Shown here one piece after another: positions 47,400 through 57,555 of a stretch of 64,000 nucleotides of DNA. This DNA comes from Candidatus Brocadiia bacterium. Its GTDB lineage: Bacteria; Planctomycetota; Brocadiia; SM23-32. A program made the position numbers and the translations under genes. Numbering within the stretch: position 1 is the stretch's first letter; each line of letters opens with the position of its first letter. A model generated the notes under the pieces. That model made no database searches, had not been told where the DNA came from, and worked only from the letters and a program-made list of their open reading frames with translations. The stretch spans positions 1 to 64,000 of the forward strand of contig JBKHIT010000010.1 of assembly GCA_046538485.1 (NCBI GenBank), read 5' to 3'.

Positions 47400-50300
47400 A
47401 TGCGTCACCCTTCGCGGTTGATGTTGGTCATCATCGTGGCGGCCGGTTTCTTTTTGCCGAGCATTGCCCGAGCAGGCAGCGGGACAGATCAGCCTCACCC
47501 TGAGCTTCTATTTGCACTGGAGCTGGAACGAATGGGGTACGGCGATTTCGCTGTAGATCAGCTCGTACGGACCCGGACGCGGGAGTTTGTCCCAAAACTG
47601 GTGAGAATAAAAGCCTCAAAATGGTTGGGGGAAATCTGTAAAAATCTGGCCGAAAAAGCCGAGCAACAGGGACGATTTCCAGACAAGAAAGATTATCACG
47701 AAAAGGCAATAAAGTGGTATGGTAAATACCTCAGTGAACATCAAGCTTACCTCAAAAACAACAATCAGGAACAGACAACAAAACACCGAGAAGAATACGC
47801 TCTCGTCCGCTACGAGCGGGGGACCATCGGGGCGGATCTCGGCGGTGACGCTATCAAAAGCATGAAAGGCACCACCGATGAAGAAGAAAAACTGCAGTAC
47901 AAAAGCGAGGCGATCGACTATTTCGGACAGGCTGTAGAGGACCTGAAAAAGGGCAAAGATTATCTCGTAAAATGGCGGAAACAGATCGATGAGGGGGCGA
48001 AAAGCGACGCCCAGAAAGAACTCCTTCACCAGATCCGTCAAAAAGCAGGCCGAGCCCAGATGCAATACGGGCAAGCGCTCTATGAATATGCCCGGTTGTG
48101 GGAAGGCGAAAAGAAAAAGAAAGAGCATGACAAAAAGTTAAAAGAGGCCATCGAGGTTTTTAAAAGTGTAGCTGATTACTACCGGTTGTTTGCAATCCGT
48201 TACAAGGCCTATCGGCAGATGGGATTGAGCTATTGTGAACTCGGCGACTTCAAAAAATCCGTCGAATACCTCAATAAAGCTCTCAGCGTATCGGAAATCC
48301 CCGACACGATTTGGATTATCCGCCTCGCCCTTTTCAATCTGGCTCAGACATATAACGCCTGGGGCAAACAGGTCAAAGAAACCAAAAAAAACAAACCAGG
48401 CGAGTGGGGGGAAAAATACAGCAAAGCCGATATTGCCTGTGCCAGTGGTATCCAAAAAATAAATAAAGACATCTGGCAAAAAGAAGTGCAGGGAACCGGA
48501 ACACGAGATCTTCGAGATATGCTCTTTGCTTTTTGGCTCGAAAAAGGCACTGCCAATGTGGGCCATTCCCTGTACATGCTCACAAAAGCCGAAGACGCGA
48601 AAAAGAAAAAAAGAAAAGTCCTCTACAAAAAATATCAGGATCAAGCAAAACGAGAATTCCGGTGGGCCGTGGAAAAAGCAATGGAAGTTTCAAAAACCAG
48701 AGGTACCCGCTGGTCCCGGAATGCAGAAGTAAAATACGACAAATGGCTCGAAATGAGCAAGACGTTCTTCCCGCCCGACGGTATAAAAATCCGTCCCAAC
48801 ATCCATACCTACATGGCTGAAGGCCGACGGTTGTTCGAAAACGAAAAGTACATGGAATGTATTCCGAAATTCCAGGAAGCCATTAAAAGAGGTAGCGCAG
48901 CTTACTATAAGACCCTTTTACCGGAAGCCTGGTACCAGATGGGGGTCGCTTATTACAACCTCTCAAAACCGGCACACACCGGCGGACAATACACCTACTA
49001 CTACGAAGCAGGTTTGTGTTTCGACCATATTGTGGACAAATACGAAAAAGCCAACTTCGCCTCCGACGCTGCCTACTACGGCGCCCAAATATACGGAGCA
49101 ATCTATAAAAACACCCGTGAGAAAGTCTCCAAAGGTTACCTGCAAAAAACGAAAGAGATGACCGAGCAACTGGCTGATGATGCCTTACGTTACGACGGTG
49201 TCCGTTACTACCGTGCGTTGCATAATTTTATTGACAAATTCCCGGATGATCCACGCAGGAACCGTACGAGGTTCCAGGTCGCAGAACTCGCAAGAACACT
49301 TGAAAACTACCGGGAAGCCAGCACGATGTATGCAAAAATTAAGAAAGAACACCCTAAGTTCTACGAAGCCCGGTATCGGGCCGGACTGTGTCTCTATCTG
49401 CAATCCCTCAAAAGCTACGAAGAAACTGTCAATCCTCGTAAAGAAGACCGGCGAGAAACGCTGAAACAAGAAATACGAAAAAAGAGAGAAAAGCTCTCGC
49501 CGGAAGATCTCCAGAAAGCTGTCGAAGAAAAACTCAAGAAATTGCCCGAGATCAAACTGAAAGATGTGGAAGCAGAAAAACTGGGCGAACTAATGGACCG
49601 GGCAGTCACCCGCTATCAAGATTTCATTGCCTGGTTCGATAATAACAAAACCAGACTCGGGGTCGAAGGGCTCCAGACGGCTAACAAATGGGTCGCGCGG
49701 ACAAAAGTTTCGCTGGGCAAGCTGCTCATTCACAAAGTTTGGGGCTTGACCCACGATGCCAAAAAAGGCGCCGAACAGGCTCTGGAAGTCCTGCAGGATG
49801 TCCGGAGTAAACATTTCGAAGGGGCCGGGCGGGACAAACTCCGGGAAGATTACCTGCCCAAAGCCTATATGGTTATTATTCAAGCCTACCGTCGACTCGA
49901 CAAACTCGGTGGTGCCGAAAAATTCGTGGACGGATTAGTCAAAGAAGCCAGAGACAACCCGGGAAACGACAATCTTAAGAAAATTGCTTCACAGGCGTGT
50001 AGCCTGCTTGGGTATGCCTATCTGCAAAGGCGAAAAGACTACGAGAAAGAGGGACCAACAGGCATCAAAATACGGGACGCTGCCGAGAAAGCAGGAACAT
50101 TCCTCCAGAAAGCCCTCACACTCGATCCCGAACAGGATATAACTGTCTACCGCGACACGGCTTCACAGCTGTACCAACTTGAAGAATACAAACATGCCGT
50201 GAGACTCCTCGAAGAAGGACTCAACCAGTATAAAATCGACGAAGACAAAGGCCCCACCGGAGCACAACAAGACGTCCTGGTATTGCTGGAAGATTGTTAT

Positions 50301-50882
50301 CTACAAATGGAAGACTGGTTTAAGGTTGAAGAAAAGGCCAAAGAGCTCCTCGAAATTGAAAAAGCAAAAAACGAAAAACGCGAAGCAGCAGGGGAACCTC
50401 TCCTGCGAAATGTGGACTTCCGCTATGATCTCGCTTTCGCCCTTGAGAACCAAGAAAACTACGACGAAGCCGTCGAGTGGTGGCGCGAAGTAAAAACCAT
50501 CGCTAAAAATATGGAAGGCGCCGAAGGGGAAAAAATAAAATTCCAGTCCACTACGCATCTGGCAAAATCTTATGCCGCGGGAGGTAGAATCGATAGAGGT
50601 TACAAAATACTTGCCTGGTATCTGATCGCTTCCGCAGAATGGCTCAGCCATACGGACTGGAAGAATGAAATCGAACGACTCTTCGACCTGTACTTCCCAG
50701 ATAAATACGGGAAACTTAAGGAATACACATTCAATAAAATCAGAGCCGACAAGAAACTCTTGCTGCGTAAAGACAGCAGAAAAATCATCGATCAATTGGT
50801 TAATGACCACTGGCCAGAAGAGAAAAAGACAATCGAACAGTGGCGTAAAGAAGTCGGCGGAGAATTGGGGACCGGCGAATAA
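47400..50882 (+). CDS. Large secreted TPR protein
   Basis: Signal peptide; 1160 aa of TPR-like repeats (AWYQMG.AYY, ARYRAGLCLY); AGGAGG RBS. Confidence 0.85.
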   Translation: MRHPSRLMLVIIVAAGFFLPSIARAGSGTDQPHPELLFALELERMGYGDFAVDQLVRTRTREFVPKLVRIKASKWLGEICKNLAEKAEQQGRFPDKKDYHEKAIKWYGKYLSEHQAYLKNNNQEQTTKHREEYALVRYERGTIGADLGGDAIKSMKGTTDEEEKLQYKSEAIDYFGQAVEDLKKGKDYLVKWRKQIDEGAKSDAQKELLHQIRQKAGRAQMQYGQALYEYARLWEGEKKKKEHDKKLKEAIEVFKSVADYYRLFAIRYKAYRQMGLSYCELGDFKKSVEYLNKALSVSEIPDTIWIIRLALFNLAQTYNAWGKQVKETKKNKPGEWGEKYSKADIACASGIQKINKDIWQKEVQGTGTRDLRDMLFAFWLEKGTANVGHSLYMLTKAEDAKKKKRKVLYKKYQDQAKREFRWAVEKAMEVSKTRGTRWSRNAEVKYDKWLEMSKTFFPPDGIKIRPNIHTYMAEGRRLFENEKYMECIPKFQEAIKRGSAAYYKTLLPEAWYQMGVAYYNLSKPAHTGGQYTYYYEAGLCFDHIVDKYEKANFASDAAYYGAQIYGAIYKNTREKVSKGYLQKTKEMTEQLADDALRYDGVRYYRALHNFIDKFPDDPRRNRTRFQVAELARTLENYREASTMYAKIKKEHPKFYEARYRAGLCLYLQSLKSYEETVNPRKEDRRETLKQEIRKKREKLSPEDLQKAVEEKLKKLPEIKLKDVEAEKLGELMDRAVTRYQDFIAWFDNNKTRLGVEGLQTANKWVARTKVSLGKLLIHKVWGLTHDAKKGAEQALEVLQDVRSKHFEGAGRDKLREDYLPKAYMVIIQAYRRLDKLGGAEKFVDGLVKEARDNPGNDNLKKIASQACSLLGYAYLQRRKDYEKEGPTGIKIRDAAEKAGTFLQKALTLDPEQDITVYRDTASQLYQLEEYKHAVRLLEEGLNQYKIDEDKGPTGAQQDVLVLLEDCYLQMEDWFKVEEKAKELLEIEKAKNEKREAAGEPLLRNVDFRYDLAFALENQENYDEAVEWWREVKTIAKNMEGAEGEKIKFQSTTHLAKSYAAGGRIDRGYKILAWYLIASAEWLSHTDWKNEIERLFDLYFPDKYGKLKEYTFNKIRADKKLLLRKDSRKIIDQLVNDHWPEEKKTIEQWRKEVGGELGTGE

Positions 50883-50899
50883 GCCAGGAGCAATAAATT

Positions 50900-51739
50900 A
50901 TGGACCGTTTCCCGCGAACAACCGTCGGCGGCGTCTCACTCCCTCGACTCATTTGTGGCAGCAACTGGTTTCTCGGGTTCTCCCACACCAGCCAGGCAAA
51001 AAACCGTTTCATAAAAGAACTGTTCGACACCTCGGACAAAATCGCCGACCTGCTCGAGGTCTTCGCGCGACATGGCTGCAACGCCGTCATGGCCGGCCCC
51101 GTCCAAATGCTGTCGGACGCGATTGAAAAGGTCGAACAACGCACCGGTGAACCGTTCATCTACATCTGCACCCCCAGTTACAAAGACATGTCCGACCCTG
51201 ACACGTGGAAACCAGCCGTCGAAGAAACCAAAAAGATGAACGCCACATTCTGCTTTCCCCACCAGTGTGTCACCGACCCACGCCTCGACCGGGTCAACAA
51301 AAGTCTATCCCCCCAGCTCGAAGAACACCTCCAGTTCGTTCGCGAAATGGAGATGATCCCCGGACTCAGCACCCATAGCCCCGAAGCTATCGTCTGCTCC
51401 GACCAGAGCGGAGCCGACGTCGAATCGTACGTCCAACCCTACAACGCCGCCGGGTTCCTCTGTCAGGTCGAAACCGACTGGGTGCAGGAAATAATTCAAA
51501 ATGCGGAAAAACCGGTCATGACCATCAAACCGCTCGCCGCCGGACGCCTGCTCCCGCCGACCGGCCTGAGTTTCGTCTGGAATACAATTAGAGACTGCGA
51601 TATGGTCACAGTCGGCACCCTCAATGAATATGAGGCCGAGGAAGATATCGAAATCAGCCTGGCATGCCTGGAAAAACGAAAGGCCAGCGTTGAACTCCAA
51701 ACCACCCGAAGCAAAAAATCCATCCAGAAAGACCAATGA
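50900..51739 (+). CDS. Aldo/keto-reductase-like TIM-barrel conserved protein
   Basis: RLICGSN, PGLSTH, IKPLAAGR. Confidence 0.7.
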   Translation: MDRFPRTTVGGVSLPRLICGSNWFLGFSHTSQAKNRFIKELFDTSDKIADLLEVFARHGCNAVMAGPVQMLSDAIEKVEQRTGEPFIYICTPSYKDMSDPDTWKPAVEETKKMNATFCFPHQCVTDPRLDRVNKSLSPQLEEHLQFVREMEMIPGLSTHSPEAIVCSDQSGADVESYVQPYNAAGFLCQVETDWVQEIIQNAEKPVMTIKPLAAGRLLPPTGLSFVWNTIRDCDMVTVGTLNEYEAEEDIEISLACLEKRKASVELQTTRSKKSIQKDQ

Positions 51740-52730
51740 GTTCCACCACTGGCTCCACCCCTCTGTTACCAACCTCGTCGGTCAACAGTCGCCTCGCCTG
51801 GTCGTCTTTCGCAGCGGGGCTCTGGGCGATACAATTCTTCTGCTTCCCACGATCGAATTCCTGCGGCAAACTTTTGACGATCCGGAAATTACAATTGTTG
51901 GCTCCCCCTGGGCCAGGCGCCTGATTCCTCTGATGCCCGCGCCGTGGAATTTCTTCCCCTACGAATCGTCCGATCTGCTGCCGCTTTTTACCGACGAATC
52001 CACCACCCCCGACATTCCCCGAAACATCGCCGAAGCGGATCTGTGCCTGGTGTATACGGGCAAGCCAGGCGACGCTATGGTCCGCCGACTGGAACGGTCA
52101 GTCAAAGGGCTCGTCCTCGCGTCCTCATCCGATCCCCCTGCGGAAAATCACGCCGCCTGTCATTTTGCGGAAGCCATTCTCCAACAACCCATCTCGCCCG
52201 GACAACTCCCCTGCTCCCCCCTTCGGGCCCCTCCCAAAGCCCGCCAGGAGGCCGAAAATTGGGTGAGGAAAAGACAGCCGCGATGGGCAAAAGGAACACT
52301 CATCGTCCACCCCGGAAGCGGTTCCCCCCGCAAATGCTGGCCCGCGGATCGGTTCGCTTCTGTGATCCGGACCGTGCGAGATAAGGATATCGAACCCATT
52401 CTGCTCGAAGGCCCCGCCGACCGAAAACCCAGCGAGGCCGTCTGCAGGAACCTCGCCCGGAGCCCATCCGTCTGCCGGCACCGCGACCTCAAGTCCACCG
52501 CCGGGTTGCTCTTAACCGCAGGATGTTGCCTGACCAACGACAGCGGGATCGGTCATCTGGCAGGGGCTCTCGGAATCAGAACCCTATCAATATTCGGTCC
52601 CACCAATCCGACTGTCTGGAAGCCCCTGGGCCCCGCTGTCAAAACCATCCGGGCCGGATCGCACTCCAAGTGGCCCGAGTGTTCAAGGGTAGAACCGCAC
52701 CTGAACTGGCTGCTGGGGGCAACAGCTTAA
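51735..52730 (+). CDS. Glycosyltransferase family 9 (heptosyltransferase-like); start unclear
   Basis: GALGD, HPGSGSPRKCWP, NDSGIGHLA, IFGPT. Confidence 0.85.
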   Translation, partial: NEFHHWLHPSVTNLVGQQSPRLVVFRSGALGDTILLLPTIEFLRQTFDDPEITIVGSPWARRLIPLMPAPWNFFPYESSDLLPLFTDESTTPDIPRNIAEADLCLVYTGKPGDAMVRRLERSVKGLVLASSSDPPAENHAACHFAEAILQQPISPGQLPCSPLRAPPKARQEAENWVRKRQPRWAKGTLIVHPGSGSPRKCWPADRFASVIRTVRDKDIEPILLEGPADRKPSEAVCRNLARSPSVCRHRDLKSTAGLLLTAGCCLTNDSGIGHLAGALGIRTLSIFGPTNPTVWKPLGPAVKTIRAGSHSKWPECSRVEPHLNWLLGATA

Positions 52731-52915
52731 AAGCCGTTTTTATCCCGTCCCGCAAGTCGTGTATACTCTGATGCAGGTCGTTTCCTGGTTTTCCGCGGCG
52801 GCAGCTCGCGCCCCGTCGGCCACCAGCCGACGGACTCCAGGAACCGCTCAGCGGTAGGCGGAGAGGCAACGCTTGATTCCGAAGTTATTCCCAATTGATC
52901 GAAGGAGGCTACACC

Positions 52916-53893
52916 GTGTCAGTCAAACGCATTCTGGTTTCAGGGGGAGCTGGATTTCTGGGGTCGCATCTCTGCGAACGGTTGGTGGAAGGTGGGAACG
53001 ACATTATTTGTCTCGACAATTTTTTCACTTCTCAGAAGACAAACGTCTCCCATCTTCTGGATCGACCGAATTTCGAGTTGATCCGCCACGACATCACGCG
53101 GTCCATCTTCCTCGAAGTGGATGAAATCTTCAACCTCGCCTGCCCGGCTTCGCCCGTCCATTACCAGTTTGACAGCATAAAGACTGTAAAAACATCCGTG
53201 CTTGGCTCGATCAATCTTTTGGGGATGGCGAAACGCTGCCGGGCCAAAATCCTGCAGGCCTCGACCAGTGAGGTTTACGGAGATCCGGACATCCATCCAC
53301 AACCGGAAGGTTACCGTGGAAACGTCAACCCAATTGGACGGCGGGCCTGTTACGACGAGGGGAAGAGATGTGCCGAAACGCTTTTTTTTGACTACCACCG
53401 TGCCCATAACGTCAATATTCGCGTCGTGCGCATATTTAACACCTACGGTCCGCGGATGCACCCCTTCGACGGACGGGTCATCAGCAACTTTATCGTTCAG
53501 GCGCTTAACAACAAAAACATCACAATTTACGGCGACGGCCAGCAAACCAGGTCTTTCTGCTACGTCGATGATCTGATTGACGGGATAATTCGCATGATGA
53601 ACGGCCCTGACGATTTCGTTGGTCCGGTAAATCTCGGAAATCCAACCGAATGCAGCATCCGCGAACTGGCCGAAACTGTTATTGATTTGACAGAAACAGA
53701 TTCGGAACTCACTTTCCATCCCCTGCCCCAGGACGATCCTCGAAAACGGTGCCCCGATATCTCCCTGGCCACGGAAACACTCGGCTGGCGGCCCGCCATT
53801 TCGCTCGAAAACGGGCTCAAGAAAACCATCGACTATTTTCGCGAAATCGACCTGTCGCGGTTCCGCCGCCCACCCGGGAATCGAGAGTCTTAA
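52916..53893 (+). CDS. UDP-glucuronic acid decarboxylase (UXS-like SDR)
   Basis: [39 protein letters not shown] start after AGGAGG. Confidence 0.93.
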   Translation: MSVKRILVSGGAGFLGSHLCERLVEGGNDIICLDNFFTSQKTNVSHLLDRPNFELIRHDITRSIFLEVDEIFNLACPASPVHYQFDSIKTVKTSVLGSINLLGMAKRCRAKILQASTSEVYGDPDIHPQPEGYRGNVNPIGRRACYDEGKRCAETLFFDYHRAHNVNIRVVRIFNTYGPRMHPFDGRVISNFIVQALNNKNITIYGDGQQTRSFCYVDDLIDGIIRMMNGPDDFVGPVNLGNPTECSIRELAETVIDLTETDSELTFHPLPQDDPRKRCPDISLATETLGWRPAISLENGLKKTIDYFREIDLSRFRRPPGNRES

Positions 53894-53971
53894 AGGAGCT
53901 CTGGTGAAATCTGCGGGACTCTGTGCCGGCAAATCAGCTTCCGAACAGAATGCTGGAGGCGGACGAGACGT

Positions 53972-54124
53972 GCGGATTTGTAAACGGGCCGGAAACCCGC
54001 GAGCGGACTGGACTTCAGAACCGCTCTGCGGGGCTGGAGTTCAGAACGCGGACCAGTTCGTTGGAATTTTCAAGCCGATTTGCATTTTCCGGCGATTGTC
54101 CGCCTCAAGTCCAGTCTCGCCGGC
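53972..54124. repeat. Family C repeat copy, downstream of zntA
   Basis: GCGGATTTGTAAnCGGGCCGGAAACCCGCGAGCGGACTGGACTTCAG...TGTCCGCCTCAAGTCCAG, nearly identical to 56989-57187. Confidence 0.85.
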
Positions 54125-54162
54125 AGCTGTACGTATTTAGCCCGGAGATACCGCTTCATGCC

Positions 54163-54287
54163 TCATTGCGAGTGGAGCGAAGCAATCCTGCTGGGCCCCG
54201 TGGTCTCGCGCGGAGGAGGCTCGTCATTTTTTCAGTCCCACAGCGAGATCCCCGCGGCGTCCCGCTGCGCGGAACGCCTCGCAATGA
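54163..54287. repeat. TCATTGCGAG...CTCGCAATGA REP-like palindromic element (family D)
   Basis: 10-bp perfect terminal inverted repeat with internal GAAGCAATC and GAGAT motifs. Confidence 0.7.
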
Positions 54288-54388
54288 CATTGTGAGCGTG
54301 GACGGCGATATAACGCACGCTAAACCCATACATCCGTAAGACGCCCCTGCTCCGCTTGCGGGACGATTCCTGGAAGGATTGTCCGGGG

Positions 54389-56608
54389 TCAGCTGTGCAC
54401 CTTCCCCACTTTCCCTGAGACCTCGCGGGGAGTCTCTTCCGGCTGCTTTTGGTGCAACAGCCGCAATCCATTGAATATCACTAACAACGAGACCCCCATG
54501 TCCGCCGCGATCGCCATCCACAAAGTGGCAGCTCCGAAAACCGCGAGGATGATGAACAGAATCTTTATACCGAGAGCCAGCGCGACGTTCTGTTTGATGA
54601 TAGCCAGAGCCTTGCGGGAATGGCCCACCAGCTAGGGGACCTTAGCAATTTCGTCGGACATCAGCGTGATGTCCGCGGTTTCGATGGCAACGTCGGAGCC
54701 AATCGATCCCATGGCTATGCCAAAATCAGCCGCGGCCATCGCCGGAGCATCATTCACCCCATCCCCGGCCATGGCAACTCCCTCCATCCGCCGGGAGAGT
54801 TCTTTGACAGCTTTCACTTTGTCTTCGGGCATCAGACCGGCCTGCCACTGATCGATTCCGGTGGCTTCGGCAATGCTCCTGGCAGTCGCTTCATTATCAC
54901 CGGTCAGCATGAGAATGGGCTCCACGCCCAGCCTTTTGAGTTCACCGACGACTTCCGCCGCATTTTCCCGCAACCCGTCCGCCACGCTTATCAGTCCGCA
55001 GACATGGTCTTCAGTGCCCACCGCCACAACTGTATGTCCGGCATCTTCGATTCCAAGTGCAGTTTCATGGGCTTGATCGCTCTCCTGGCCTTTATCATGC
55101 ATCATCCGGTGGCTTCCAACCCAGAACAGTTGCCCATCGACCACACCCTCCACTCCCAGCCCGGATATATTCCGGAACCGCTCGGCCCGTTCAGCCACGA
55201 TCTCCCCCCGGGCCGCCTTTTGCATAATAGCATCCGCGAGCGGATGAGTGCTGTCGGCCTCAACACTGGCCGCTGTGCGCAGAAGCTGTTCGGACGTATG
55301 ATCGTCCAGAGGAATGACATCTTGCACGCGCGGCTGACCGTACGTCAGTGTCCCGGTTTTATCGAGTGCCAGCGCGTTGAGTCGTCCTGCGGACTCGAGG
55401 TAAATCCCGCCCTTGATCAACACGCCGTTACGGGCGGCGCTGGTGAGAGCGCTGACTATAGTGACGGGAGTCGATATGACGAGTGCGCAGGGGCATCCGA
55501 TTACGAGCAGGACGAGGGCGCGATAGAACCATGGGGTCCAGGCCGCCGCGACGAGGAGGGGCGGCACAATAGCCACGGCCGCCGCCAGCGCCATCATAGC
55601 CGGAGTGTAGTAACGCGCAAATTTTTCGATCCATTTCTCGCTCTTGGCGCGCCTTGACCGCGACTCTTCCACCATGTGAATGATGTTCGCCAGGGTTGTT
55701 TCACCGGCAGGATGGGTCACTTCAAATTCCAGTGTCCCTCTCTGGTTGATCGTTCCGGCATACACCTGGTCCCCTCGGGCCTTGGGAACCGGGACCGATT
55801 CTCCCGTAATGGGAGCCTGATTGACAGTTGACTGGCCCAGCAACACTTGCCCGTCAAGGGGAATGCGGTCGCCCGGTCGCACCACAACCTGCCGTCCCCG
55901 TGAAACGGCTTCGACAGGCCGCTCTTCCGGCTCTCCGCCTTCTTCGGGCACGACCAAAGCCGTCGGAGGAGAAAGTTCCAGCAATGCAGAAATCGCCCGG
56001 CGAGCGCGGTCTACGCTCCAATGTTCCAGCATGAGAGCAACCGAGAAAAGGAACACAACCATCCCCGCTTCAAGCCACTCGCCGATTCCAATCGCGCCCA
56101 AGACTGCCACCGTCATAAGCACATTCATGTCCGGGCGTAACCTCCTTATGGCACTCAGTGCCCGAGGCAAAATGTAGAACGCCCCCGCCAGAATTGCCCC
56201 TCCGTAACAAAAGACCACGATCAACGGCAGCTTATGGTTCTCCCCTGCCCCGGTTAGAAAAGCCTGGGTAATACTCCCGTGAATGACCCAGTGGCTGAAA
56301 AAACCCACAAGCATCAGGAAGCCGCACAAAATTGTCATTACGAGCCGACCGTGATTTCCCCACCATCCGGCAGCCGTCGCCGTTCCGCGATCTTCCCATG
56401 GCACTGCCGTCATACCCGCTTCGGCGACGCATTCCACAATCCGCTCTGAATCGATCTTTTCCGACTCAAAAAGCACCGTCATTCGCGCATTGAGAATATT
56501 GAAGTCCAACTCCTGAATGCCCTCGTGTTTCTCAAGTGCCTTCTGCAGTGTGTTGACTTCATCGGCGCAATCCATCTCCATCACTTTATAAGATCGGGTT
56601 TCCGCCAT
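54389..56608 (-). pseudogene. zntA: Heavy-metal (Zn/Cd/Pb) P1B-type ATPase with an in-frame amber stop
   Basis: MDCADE, TGES, CPC, DKTGTLT, HP, TGDN, GDGVNDAP; TAG at 54632-54634, after which the frame continues with the last TM helices (IKILF...ADMG...NGLRL). Confidence 0.88.
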
Positions 56609-56988
56609 CAGACTCCTCGCGGGCAGCAGCATGTCACCCCGGTCGAACCGAGAATCGGTCCCCCGGCGGATCAAAACAATGAGCTTCTTTCAGAAAGGGG
56701 TATGGTTTCCTGGATAACCCATCTCCTTCTCCATTGTGCGGCCATCGGGATGGCTTTGCAACCACGCTTGATTGTCCGCGGGTTACGCCCTGCACACGCT
56801 CCCTTTTGCGAAAACCTGAATTCCCCGGAGATGGTCCTGGCATCGGGAATTTGACACAACGCAAATCCCATTGTTCCGAGCCATTTGCGTTGATCAGAAA
56901 TATTGGCACAGTCGAGACTTAGCATGGCAAAAAAAGTTTTTACCCCACAATTGCAGGTTGAATCCTTAAGCACGCCGGGACAAGCCCG

Positions 56989-57187
56989 GCGGATTTGTAA
57001 GCGGGCCGGAAACCCGCGAGCGGACTGGACTTCAGCCGGAGGCTGGAGTTCAGAACGCGGTCCAGAAACCTGTGAACCCCGCAGCACAAAGACCAACAAC
57101 GAACGGCAGGTCCGCCTCGGCGATGCGGACCGACAGCTACCTGGCATTTTCCGGCATCTGTCCGCCTCAAGTCCAGTTTCGCCCGCC
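56989..57187. repeat. Family C repeat copy, upstream of zntA
   Basis: Direct copy of 53972-54124 with a longer internal spacer. Confidence 0.85.
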
Positions 57188-57555
57188 GGGGCGGGCTCAG
57201 CTGAACTCGAGTCTGCAGGATACGCGGTCGAGAAGCGGGGTTGCAAGCTTACAGAATGATTGAGACCAGACATAAGTTTATGTTACAACAACCTTTAACG
57301 ACTTTTCCGAAGGAAACTTGAGGAATTTGCGCTCGGTGTAATGGGAACAGGCAGCACGATTTTCGGGAAATGTCCGGCTACCAGCATCCGGAGGGACCCA
57401 CAGCGCAAATTCCTTTCGTCCCGAAAAAGGCTTGCAAGACTTTGCTCTGTGCCTGTAGAATTATAGGTCTTCTGGGGTGGCATTCACGGCAACAATTGTG
57501 CTGGTTCACGTCACACCTGGACCTTTGCAGGGCAGTTTCAAAATGGAGTAACACG

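Noticed and set aside
52770..52870. tRNA gene
   Set aside because: No cloverleaf or T-loop GTTCRA pattern; treated as a leader structure instead
54632..54634. Genome-wide TAG reassignment or pyrrolysine
   Set aside because: TAG ends other intact genes here (e.g. znuA and the RHH regulator), no pyl genes are in the window, and a TGG>TAG mutation is simpler
56610..57555. ORFs upstream of zntA and the long N-terminal extension of LeuC
   Set aside because: Repeat-derived or non-coding; no ArsR or MerR motif; LeuC homology begins at MGMTLTEK (57556)
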